From assembly GCA_964536415.1 (NCBI GenBank), contig CAZHXN010000002.1:785-64784 (forward strand): a stretch of DNA of 64,000 bases. The letters run 5' to 3'. Shown piece after piece: positions 56,127 to 64,000 of this stretch. A program made the translations under genes and the position numbers. Position 1 is the first letter of the stretch; every line of letters begins with the position of its first letter. Below the pieces are notes generated by a model that was not told the DNA's origin, searched no databases, and saw only the letters and a list, made by a program, of their open reading frames with translations. Source of the stretch: an uncultured bacterium. GTDB taxonomy: Bacteria > Cyanobacteriota > Cyanobacteriia > B231.

Positions 56127-57719
56127 CTAGGCGATCGACTGCATCACCTCCACCGGGCGATCCGAGGGGGCAGGCAGGGCGATTGGGGCGTCTGGTTGGA
56201 GGGTGGCTAACTGTTGCTCAATTTGCGATCGCACAATCTCCCGGTACTCCAAAAAATGCTCGTTATGGGCACAGACGGTTAAGTAGTGAGTCCAAACGGC
56301 TGGATTCTGGCGCAGCATACCAAATAAGTGATGCCAGAACTTCCAACGGGTGCGTCGTTTGATCCCCTGCCGCCAAACGACGATCGCCAGTGCCCGCAGA
56401 TCAACTAAACTGGGCCATTGGAAAGGCCGTTTGGCTCTGGGTGCCCCCATCATTAGAAAATGGCGATAGGTGCGGTCTAAATATTTCTCTGGATCGTAGA
56501 GTTCCCAAAAGGCTTCCACATATTCCCTGGCAATTTCTGCGACCGGACGGGTCGGCACAAAGTTCATCAACGTGGTTTGATTCAGGTTGCCACTGCGATC
56601 GCGCAAGCGTCCTTCCTTTTCCAGCCGATGCCACAGGGCCGTATGGGGCAAGGCTTGGAGCATCGCAAACGTGGTGGTGGGAATCCCCGTAATTTCGGCA
56701 AACTCGATAATTCGGCGTCCGGCCCCCGGCTTTTCACCATCGAAGCCAATAATGAATCCCGCCATCACGCGCAAGCCTGATTTGACGATCGTCTGTACCG
56801 AATCGACTAACGAACTGCGGGTATTCTGGAACTTCTTGGTTAAGGACAGGCTTTCTTCATCCGGCGTTTCAATACCCAGGAAAACCGCATCAAAATAGCA
56901 GTCCACCATCAGGTCCATTAGCTCCTGATCCTGGGCCAGATCGACTGAGGCTTCCGTGTTAAACGCAAAGGGATACTGGTGCTCTTCCTGCCACACCTTG
57001 AGTTCCTTGAGCAACAATTTAACGTTGCGCTTGTTGCCAATGAAGTTGTCATCGACCATAAACACCCCTCGCCGCCAGCCCAACTCGTAGAGGGTATCGA
57101 GTTCCTTTAACAATTGCTGGGGGGTCTTCGTCCGGGGTTTACGGCCATAGAGGACAATAATATCACAAAACTCGCACTGGAAGGGGCAGCCCCGCGAAAA
57201 CTGCACCGACATGGAGTCATAGGCATCCAACTCCAGCAGGTCGTAGCGGGGGACTGGCGTTTCGGTGACATCAGGCTTTTCGCCATTGGACCGGAAGGTG
57301 CCCTGGGTGTCGCCCCGTTCTAGGGCCTCAACAAACATCGGTAGCGTGATCTCGCCTTCATCCAAAATCAGGTAATCCGCCCCGGCGGGTAACACTTCCT
57401 CCGGCATGGAGGTGGGGTAGGGACCGCCCACGGCCACCCGTTTGCCCCGCCGTTTTGCCTCCCGGATTTGGGCCAGTAGGTCTTCCTTTTGCACAATCAT
57501 GGCTGAGCAAATGACCAGTTCGGCCCAGTCCCACTCGTCCTCGCGCACGTCGCGCACATTGCGATCGACGAGCTTAAACTCCCAGGTTTGGGGCAAGATT
57601 GCGGCTACCGTAATTAATCCCAGGGGGGGCAACAGCACCTTGCGATTGACCAACTCCAGAATTTTCTCGTAGGACCAAAAGGTCTTCGGAAATAACGGAT
57701 AAATCAATAGGGCCCGCAT
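56127..57719 (-). CDS. B12-binding domain-containing radical SAM protein with DUF4070-type C-terminus
   Basis: 530-aa ORF. N-terminal MRALLIYPLFPKTFWSYEKILELVNRKVLLPPLGLITVAAILP (B12-binding-like) and a CPFQCEFCD radical SAM cluster motif. Confidence 0.88.
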   Translation of the reverse strand: MRALLIYPLFPKTFWSYEKILELVNRKVLLPPLGLITVAAILPQTWEFKLVDRNVRDVREDEWDWAELVICSAMIVQKEDLLAQIREAKRRGKRVAVGGPYPTSMPEEVLPAGADYLILDEGEITLPMFVEALERGDTQGTFRSNGEKPDVTETPVPRYDLLELDAYDSMSVQFSRGCPFQCEFCDIIVLYGRKPRTKTPQQLLKELDTLYELGWRRGVFMVDDNFIGNKRNVKLLLKELKVWQEEHQYPFAFNTEASVDLAQDQELMDLMVDCYFDAVFLGIETPDEESLSLTKKFQNTRSSLVDSVQTIVKSGLRVMAGFIIGFDGEKPGAGRRIIEFAEITGIPTTTFAMLQALPHTALWHRLEKEGRLRDRSGNLNQTTLMNFVPTRPVAEIAREYVEAFWELYDPEKYLDRTYRHFLMMGAPRAKRPFQWPSLVDLRALAIVVWRQGIKRRTRWKFWHHLFGMLRQNPAVWTHYLTVCAHNEHFLEYREIVRSQIEQQLATLQPDAPIALPAPSDRPVEVMQSIA

Positions 57720-57822
57720 GGCGATACTCCTGGCAACGGTTTGGCAAAGACTTGGGCAAAGGCTTTGACGAAGACTTTATTACACTCACGATAGCACTTA
57801 CTCCCTAGTCTAATGGAGAGTT

Positions 57823-58260
57823 TTAGCGCTTTTGCGGGGAGGGGCGCTGGCCATAGTGGCGGTACTGGAGGTAATCGGCCAGGACACGATCGTGATCAAA
57901 ACATAGACTTTGGGGCAAATTCCAGGGTTCAAAGATGCCCACCCGTAACGCATCATCCTGAGCCACAGGTTCCCCGATCGCTGTGGCAATGAACACCACA
58001 CTCAGGGTATGCTGGCGCGGATCACGCTGGGGGTCGGAGTATACATACAGTTGGTCAATGAGTGTCACGCTTAAACCCGTCTCTTCCTTGGCTTCCCGAC
58101 GGGAAGCCGTTTCTAGCGTTTCCCCATAGTCCACAAATCCGCCGGGGATGGCCCAACCGAGGGGTGGATTGCGACGTTCAACCAGGACGATCGGGCGATG
58201 GGGGCGATCGAGCAGTTCAATAATAATGTCAACGGTGGGAACTGGATTGCGATAGGTCAC
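57823..58260 (-). CDS. NUDIX hydrolase
   Basis: 145-aa ORF with Nudix box [24 protein letters not shown]. Confidence 0.9.
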   Translation of the reverse strand: MTYRNPVPTVDIIIELLDRPHRPIVLVERRNPPLGWAIPGGFVDYGETLETASRREAKEETGLSVTLIDQLYVYSDPQRDPRQHTLSVVFIATAIGEPVAQDDALRVGIFEPWNLPQSLCFDHDRVLADYLQYRHYGQRPSPQKR

Positions 58261-58412
58261 AGCAGCTTACCGGGCAATGGACCGGGCGATCAAGGACGAG
58301 GGTATTAAATATTGTCAGCGTTGCGCGTTTCGCTGATCCAAAACTGTAGACTAACCTCTAGACTTTTGGCAAAGTCTCCCTTGTCGCAGTAATCCACGTT
58401 TGAAGTAACCCA

Positions 58413-59912
58413 ATGCCTTTTCCTAGAGCCAGCGGTATTCTCCTCCATCCCACCTCCTTCCCCAGTCGCTTTGGAATTGGGGATCTGGGCCCCGGTGCCT
58501 ACACATTTATTGACTTCCTTGCCAATGCGAAGCAGCAACTCTGGCAGGTGCTTCCCCTGGGACCCACTGGGTTTGGCAACTCGCCCTATATGTGTTACTC
58601 CGCCCTGGCGGGCAATCCCCTGCTGATCAGCCCGGAGTTGTTGCGGGATCAGGGGTTGCTCAACAATGGGGACTTGGACCAGTATCCCCACTTATCGCCC
58701 GATCGGGTTGAGTACGAAGCGGTGGAGCGGCTGAAATACCCCCTATTGCGCCGTGCGTTTGAGAATTTCCAGGCCCGTAATGATGCGACCCAGCGATCGG
58801 CCTTTGCCGCCTTCTGTCAGCAACATGCGTCCTGGTTGGATGACTATGCCCTGTTCATGTCCCTCAAGGAGGTCTTTAAGCTCAGTTGGAACCAGTGGGA
58901 TACGGCGATCGCGTGGCGGCATCCTGACGCCCTAGCTCACTGGAAATCCGAGCTACAGACTGAAATTCAATATCGCCAATTCCTCCAGTTTGAATTTTTT
59001 AGCCAGTGGGCAAAGCTGCGCCAGTATGCCAACGATCGCGGCGTGCGCATTATCGGCGATATTCCCATCTATGTCGCCCACGACAGTTCCGACGTGTGGG
59101 CGAATCCTAAAAACTTCCGGCTGGATGAAGCGACGGGTGAAGCGGCCCAGATGGCAGGGGTTCCCCCCGATGTTTTCAGCGATACGGGCCAACTCTGGGG
59201 AAATCCGATCTATAACTGGGACTACCAGCGGCAGCAGGGCTTCCAGTGGTGGGTGCAGCGATTCCAAAGTTTGTTGGAATTTGTCGATGTGATTCGCGTT
59301 GACCACTTCCGGGGCTTTAGTGCGTATTGGGCAGTCCCCCAAGGGGAAGAAACGGCGATGAACGGTCAATGGGTGAATGCCCCAGGACATGAACTCTTCC
59401 AAACGTTGCGTGATCGCCTGGGTGGCCTCCCAATCGTGGCCGAGGATTTGGGCATTATTACGCCGGATGTCGAAGAACTGCGCGATCGCTTCGAGTTCCC
59501 AGGGATGAAAATCCTCTTGTTTGCCTTCGACTCCGGCAGCGATAACCCCTACCTGCCCTTCCAATACATCCACAACTGCATTGTTTACACGGGTACCCAC
59601 GACAACAACACGACGATCGGCTGGTTTAACGAAGCTGAGGACTGGAAGCGGCAGGCCTTTGAGCGTTATCTGGGTCGCTTTGGCCACTGGGGGATTCATT
59701 GGGACATGATCCGGCTGGCCTTGAGTTCCGTCGCCGACTGGGCAATTCTGCCCCTCCAGGATGTGATTGGCCTGGGGGGCGAAGCCCGCATGAACTTCCC
59801 CGGCACTAGCCAGGGGAATTGGGTCTGGCGCTACCGGGCCGAGATGCTCAATGGCGAAATGGGCGACCGCCTCCGCCAAATGACAGAACTCTATGGCCGT
59901 GCGCCTAGTTAA
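58413..59912 (+). CDS. malQ: 4-alpha-glucanotransferase (GH77 amylomaltase)
   Basis: 499-aa ORF: PRASGILLHPTSFPSRFGIGDLG, IIGDIPIYV, VRVDHFRGF, VAEDLG, YTGTHDN. Confidence 0.95.
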   Translation: MPFPRASGILLHPTSFPSRFGIGDLGPGAYTFIDFLANAKQQLWQVLPLGPTGFGNSPYMCYSALAGNPLLISPELLRDQGLLNNGDLDQYPHLSPDRVEYEAVERLKYPLLRRAFENFQARNDATQRSAFAAFCQQHASWLDDYALFMSLKEVFKLSWNQWDTAIAWRHPDALAHWKSELQTEIQYRQFLQFEFFSQWAKLRQYANDRGVRIIGDIPIYVAHDSSDVWANPKNFRLDEATGEAAQMAGVPPDVFSDTGQLWGNPIYNWDYQRQQGFQWWVQRFQSLLEFVDVIRVDHFRGFSAYWAVPQGEETAMNGQWVNAPGHELFQTLRDRLGGLPIVAEDLGIITPDVEELRDRFEFPGMKILLFAFDSGSDNPYLPFQYIHNCIVYTGTHDNNTTIGWFNEAEDWKRQAFERYLGRFGHWGIHWDMIRLALSSVADWAILPLQDVIGLGGEARMNFPGTSQGNWVWRYRAEMLNGEMGDRLRQMTELYGRAPS

Positions 59913-60148
59913 GAAACGGTTACTCTGATAGCGATCGCAATCCTCAGTTGTCGGCACTCACACAAGTATCAACGGGGTAGGCATCCGGCCTGCCCCCGAA
60001 CCCGCCCCACGGTTAATCATGGTGTAAATGGTGTAACAGGCTGACCCGCGACACACACGCTCAGCCTAACTTCGAGGAGGACTCGCACCGGCTTTGCCTT
60101 CATCCCAACGCTCCCCGTCAGGAGCGTGCGGGGCCTTCGCAAAAGCAG

Positions 60149-60994
60149 TTAGAACCGCAAAGGCAGGGGTAAACTGGCGGTTTGGGCTTCCGACTCAAAG
60201 ACCACTTCCTCAACGGCCCCTGGCTCACCCAGACGCTCGTCCTTGCCGTCATTAAAACTGAGCAGAACGGCTCCCGCATCCCCCGCCCGGACAACAAGCT
60301 GTTGATTCGCCGCCCATTGTTGATTCGTCCCCGGCTGGAGCACACCTTCAAAGGCGGTCTGACCATCCGCCACCACGCGAATCCACGATTGAGAGACCAG
60401 GGTTACCCGAACCCGCAAAGGCTTGCTGGGTTCGGAGGGGGGAACCTTAGCCTGCTGGGTGGCGATGTTCTGGGCTGCAATGGCTGGCTCCTGCGCTTCT
60501 GAAGGCGGCAATTCTGAGGTGGGCATGGCTTCGGTGAGGCTGGGGGTCTGTCCCGTTTGCCCGATCGACGGATTCACCAGAGACGAGAGGCCATTCACCG
60601 CACAGACCACGATAAAGATATAGATCAGGTACAGGTGAAAGGGGCGTAATTGCGCAACGGGCAATTGTATCCCGGCCAGGCGAGGTCCCTCGGCACGAAT
60701 AATATCGCCGGTGGGAAACTGCTGGGCCAAGGGTGCGCCCTCTAGCCCTAATGCCTCAGCAAAGCGACGAATAAAGCCCTGGATATAGACCGGCTCCGGT
60801 AATGCCTCTAGCCGTCCCTCTTCGATCGCTTGTAGTAAACGGGCCTGCACCAGGGTCCTGGAAGCAACATCCTGGAGGGAGAGGGCCTGTTGTTGACGCA
60901 CTTCGGCCAAGTAAGCCCCAATCGTAGCCAGTTGCATGGCCTGTTCTTCTTTCAGATGAAAGCTACTTTTCCGCATGTTCCCACTCTTGCTCAT
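60149..60994 (-). CDS. rodZ: RodZ-like protein (N-terminal XRE-type HTH, TM segment, C-terminal DUF4115)
   Basis: 281-aa ORF. HTH LATIGAYLAEVRQQQALSLQDVASRT. C-terminus RVRVTLVSQSWIRVVADGQTAFEGVLQPGTNQQWAANQQLVVRAGDAGAV. The start overlaps the upstream gene's stop by 4 nt. Confidence 0.8.
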   Translation of the reverse strand: MSKSGNMRKSSFHLKEEQAMQLATIGAYLAEVRQQQALSLQDVASRTLVQARLLQAIEEGRLEALPEPVYIQGFIRRFAEALGLEGAPLAQQFPTGDIIRAEGPRLAGIQLPVAQLRPFHLYLIYIFIVVCAVNGLSSLVNPSIGQTGQTPSLTEAMPTSELPPSEAQEPAIAAQNIATQQAKVPPSEPSKPLRVRVTLVSQSWIRVVADGQTAFEGVLQPGTNQQWAANQQLVVRAGDAGAVLLSFNDGKDERLGEPGAVEEVVFESEAQTASLPLPLRF

Positions 60995-61803
60995 AGCCTG
61001 CGCTCCTCACTCGCAGTCGATATTCCTAACACCCGATACGCCTTTGGCGTTGCGAAGCGATCGCCAACCCGTTGGGATTCGCACTTAAGGGCCGTGATCT
61101 CCGGCCCTGTCAGCGATCGCCACTGGCCAGCCGGTAGATTGCCTAATTGGATGGGGCCGATAGCGACTCGATGCAGTTGCAGAACGGGATGCCCCAACTG
61201 GTCAGCCACCCGCCGGATTTGCCGATTTCTACCTTCGCGCAAGATAATTTCCAAACAGGTCCGATTCGAGTCCGGGCAATGGGCCAAAACACGCACGTCA
61301 GCGGGCAGGGTTTTGCGCCCAAGCAAGGAAATTCCCTGTCGCCACTGTTGCAGGATCGCCGCTGAAGGATTACCCTTAACCCACACATGGTAGGTTTTGG
61401 CCACGTGATGACGCGGATGCGTTAGGTAAAACGTGAGCGAGCCATCATTGGTTAGTAAGAGGGCACCTGTTGAGGCGGCATCTAACCGGCCCACCGGATG
61501 GAGGCCAAGCTGTTGCCACTGGGGTGGCAGTAAGCCCAAAACAGTTGGTCGCTCCTGGGGATCACGGCAGGTAGAAACCACTCCCGCTGGTTTGTGCAGC
61601 AGCAGATAGCTAAGGTCTGGGCTGACATCTGAGGATAATCGCTGGCCATCGATGGTAATCACATCCGCCTGAGGGTTAGCCTTTTGCCCTAATTGGGCCG
61701 TAACCCCGTTTAATTGCACCCGTCCCGTCAGGATCATCATTTCAGCCTGACGACGGGAAGCGATGCCTCGTTGGGAAAGGATTTTTTGCAGCCGTTCTTC
61801 CAT
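60991..61803 (-). CDS. RsuA/RluB-family pseudouridine synthase (S4 domain + catalytic domain)
   Basis: 270-aa ORF: ERLQKILSQRGIASRRQAEMMI (S4) and HPVGRLDAASTGALLLTNDG (catalytic Asp motif). Confidence 0.9.
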   Translation of the reverse strand: MEERLQKILSQRGIASRRQAEMMILTGRVQLNGVTAQLGQKANPQADVITIDGQRLSSDVSPDLSYLLLHKPAGVVSTCRDPQERPTVLGLLPPQWQQLGLHPVGRLDAASTGALLLTNDGSLTFYLTHPRHHVAKTYHVWVKGNPSAAILQQWRQGISLLGRKTLPADVRVLAHCPDSNRTCLEIILREGRNRQIRRVADQLGHPVLQLHRVAIGPIQLGNLPAGQWRSLTGPEITALKCESQRVGDRFATPKAYRVLGISTASEERRL

Positions 61804-62078
61804 AAGGGGGTGTATCAGTCAGACTCCGATTGCATCTTATCTAGCGCGACCTTTCGCCTCGTGACCCGTTACCGGTTGACCCTTGCCAATTGACCTGGGT
61901 TGGGGGAAGGGTGCCCGCCTGTGCACTGTTACCTTGAACCGTTCCTTAGTCTCCACGCAATTGGCTGTTCTATATTCAACCACGGGAGTAAAGCAATGTT
62001 AAGCACTCTTCGACATCTCCCGACAAATTTCCTGGTTAGTGGGGTTCCGGTCGGCAGGCGGGGGTTCCCCCTGCAAGG

Positions 62079-63536
62079 TTATGGATGACGCTGGATGCTG
62101 GGGGGGGCAGGCGGGTGTTGGGGTAACCAGACCTGAAGCCAAGCTCCCCCGGTTTCCGGGTGATTGCTGGCGCGGACAATGCCCTGGTGAGCCTCCACAA
62201 TTTGGCGCACGATCGCCAGCCCCAAGCCACTACTGCCGGTGAGGACCGTTGCCATTGTCCCTTCCCCCGCTGGTTCCCGCGTGCTCCCCTTCGGTGACGG
62301 GGGCGGGGATGGGGCAGCTAACAACAATGGCCCAGGGTCATGCGTAAAGTCAATGCGGGTTCGGGAGGGATCAGCCCGATAAAACCGCTCAAAAATATAC
62401 GGCAGATCGGCTTCCGAAAAGCCCTGGCCTTTATCGATGACGCTAATCTGTACCCAGGTTGAGTCGCTGGCAACCCCATCGCCTGCTCGGAGGGGGCGTC
62501 TCCCCACCCCTAACGGGGCAGTCGCCTGGATCTGCACTTGAACTCGCACCTGACCCCCCAGTGGACTGTATCTAATACTATTATCGAGCAAATTTGCCAT
62601 GACCCGATAAAGACAGGAGTAGTCTCCCCAAAGCATTAGGGAGGCCGGTCCATGATATTGCCACTGAATTTGACGCTTTTGCGCTAGGGGATCAAGGCTA
62701 TGCCAAACAGAATGGATGAGATCAACCAGATCAAAGTGGGTGTACTGGAGACAGGTGGTGGCTCCCCGTTCCAGTTGGGTCAGATCCAGGAGATCCTGGA
62801 CTAGGGTACTCATGCGGATCACCTCCTTGATGACGCGATCGGCCCAGTGGTGTAAGTCAGGATCTAGCCGATTTTGAATGGTTTCCATCACCAGCCGAAT
62901 TGAGGTGAGGGGTGTTTTTAATTCGTGGGCCAGGTCCGAAAAGGCGCGATCGCGTTGCTGTTGTAGTTGGAGGACCTCCTGACGGTCTTCCAGAAAGACA
63001 CCAACTTGGCGGTTAGCTAGGGGAATACCCAACCCCCGCAGGCGCACGCTCGGCGTGGGGGTGGGAGCATGGGGTGAGATCGCCAAGTGAGAGAGGTGGA
63101 AGGTCCACTCCTGTTCAATCGGGCTTTGGCTTTGGCGGGTTTGGGCAATCAGCTGATCCAATTCATAGGAGCGGACCACTTCCAGCAGGAGGCGGGGCCT
63201 GATGGCTTCCCAGGTCTGAATTTGGAGTAACCGATAGGTCTGGGCATTACACCAAACGAGCCGATCCTCAGCGTCTACCTGCAAATACCCCACCGGCGCC
63301 TGATGCAGGATTTGTTTCCCAGTCTCCAGCGCCTGTTCCAGGTCGGCACAGTGCTGCTTGTGAAGATTGATTGCCGCAGTGAGTCGCGAGGTCAGGGGTA
63401 GGGCGACCTGAAGCGCATCGGATTTGAGATCCTGGACAAGCAATCGTAGCTTGCGATCGAACCACCAGTGGTAACCCAACAGGCAGAGGAGACCAATGGC
63501 TAACCCTTGCAGGAATGCTAATAGCACGCTTCCCAT
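62079..63536 (-). CDS. PAS-containing sensor histidine kinase, PhoR/SphS-like, with insertions in the ATP-binding domain
   Basis: 485-aa ORF. N-terminal hydrophobic helix, PAS-like segment, H-box FSDLAHELKTPLTSIRLV, N-box NLLDNSIRYSP, G1 DKGQGF, G2 GSSGLGLAIV. Confidence 0.88.
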   Translation of the reverse strand: MGSVLLAFLQGLAIGLLCLLGYHWWFDRKLRLLVQDLKSDALQVALPLTSRLTAAINLHKQHCADLEQALETGKQILHQAPVGYLQVDAEDRLVWCNAQTYRLLQIQTWEAIRPRLLLEVVRSYELDQLIAQTRQSQSPIEQEWTFHLSHLAISPHAPTPTPSVRLRGLGIPLANRQVGVFLEDRQEVLQLQQQRDRAFSDLAHELKTPLTSIRLVMETIQNRLDPDLHHWADRVIKEVIRMSTLVQDLLDLTQLERGATTCLQYTHFDLVDLIHSVWHSLDPLAQKRQIQWQYHGPASLMLWGDYSCLYRVMANLLDNSIRYSPLGGQVRVQVQIQATAPLGVGRRPLRAGDGVASDSTWVQISVIDKGQGFSEADLPYIFERFYRADPSRTRIDFTHDPGPLLLAAPSPPPSPKGSTREPAGEGTMATVLTGSSGLGLAIVRQIVEAHQGIVRASNHPETGGAWLQVWLPQHPPAPPSIQRHP

Positions 63537-63768
63537 CCCGCTAATCTCTGCTGTTAATCCGCGTTGACGGACCGATCGCGATCGGTCAAAGTTTACCCCT
63601 TTCTTAAGCTTTAATTAAGAGTCATCTTGATCTCTGTCTCTTTAAAACGGTTCCCGTCGGGTCCCTGTTGGAATGTTTCTCACTGCTATCATAGCCTGTT
63701 CATCTGGCCAGGTTAAGATCCCCCCAGCGGGGTTCCCTGACAATGGGCTGATCCCGTGGGGACCTGAG

Positions 63769-64000
63769 TTAGCCAAAGCGATAACCGAAGCCTCGCACCG
63801 TGATCAGATAATCTGGATTACTGGGATCAACTTCTAACTTTTCACGCAACCAGCGAATGTGGACATCTACGGTTTTGCTATCGCCCATAAAGTCTGGCCC
63901 CCAGATGCGCTCTAGCAATTGTTCCCGCGACCACACCCGCCGGGGATAGCTCATGAACAGTTCCAACAGGCGAAATTCCTTGGGCGATAGGTTCACCTCC
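63769..64000 (-). CDS. OmpR/PhoB-family response regulator, C-terminal winged-helix part only (5' end beyond the window)
   Basis: LSPKEFRLLELFMSYPRRVWSREQLLERIWGPDFMGDSKTVDVHIRWLREKLEVDPSNPDYLITVRGFGYRFG. The frame stays open to the window end. Confidence 0.88.
   Translation of the reverse strand, partial: EVNLSPKEFRLLELFMSYPRRVWSREQLLERIWGPDFMGDSKTVDVHIRWLREKLEVDPSNPDYLITVRGFGYRFG

Noticed and set aside
56127-57719. Hopanoid C-2 methylase HpnP assignment for the B12-binding radical SAM protein
   Set aside because: The architecture fits, but the same architecture is shared by many unrelated DUF4070 radical SAM enzymes. No hopanoid (shc/hpn) genes are nearby.
58953-59957. 334-aa minus-strand ORF
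   Set aside because: It is entirely antisense to malQ, which has unmistakable GH77 motifs. The antisense product has no recognisable features.
1-64000. tRNA, rRNA, tmRNA, RNase P RNA or SRP RNA genes
   Set aside because: I scanned for T-loop (GGTTCGAATCC-like) strings and for remembered conserved cores of RNase P (GAGGAAAGTCCGG), SRP and tmRNA. None was found. This was a by-eye scan, so a divergent RNA could be missed.

Overview
This is a cyanobacterial chromosomal segment. The HIP1 octamer GCGATCGC occurs dozens of times, and GC looks mid-50s percent by eye. I support about 45 protein-coding genes, most of them housekeeping or widely conserved: glcE (partial), pepA, infC, a group-2 sigma factor, rbgA, an RND efflux pair, tyrS, pyrF, scpB, malQ, a rodZ-like gene, a pseudouridine synthase, two Crp-family regulators, two sensor kinases and three HExxH peptidases. 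I found no rRNA, tRNA or CRISPR array. The most interesting region is 9.6-22.6 kb. It holds a SepJ/FraG-like protein (coiled coil, Pro-rich linker, DMT/EamA permease), which suggests a filamentous cyanobacterium. It also holds a 998-aa protein whose N-terminal coiled coil is colinearly homologous to the SepJ-like one. That protein has no permease; instead it carries a roughly 600-aa acidic disordered tail with seven D/E-L-F motifs. A highly divergent Hsp70/actin-fold ATPase sits directly downstream of it, with a processive GT2 and an atypical ParA/MinD-wHTH ATPase nearby. I flag this as a candidate undescribed septal or scaffold module, as a hypothesis only. Other points: (1) a gene-decay island at 45.7-50.0 kb with two Rpn/DUF4351 remnants, a shattered gltS and an orphan TpsB; (2) a hairpin-rich MITE-like repeat in three copies, one splitting a Uma2 gene; (3) an orphan HerA-like ATPase and an Mre11/SbcD-like nuclease bracketing the RND operon; (4) short two-copy tandem duplications (7-21 nt) across intergenic DNA, a few of them in frame inside genes or spanning stop codons; (5) two sub-60-aa genes missing from the ORF track (DUF2256 and a small TM protein). 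All functional calls come from reading the translated sequence against remembered family motifs. No database search was run.
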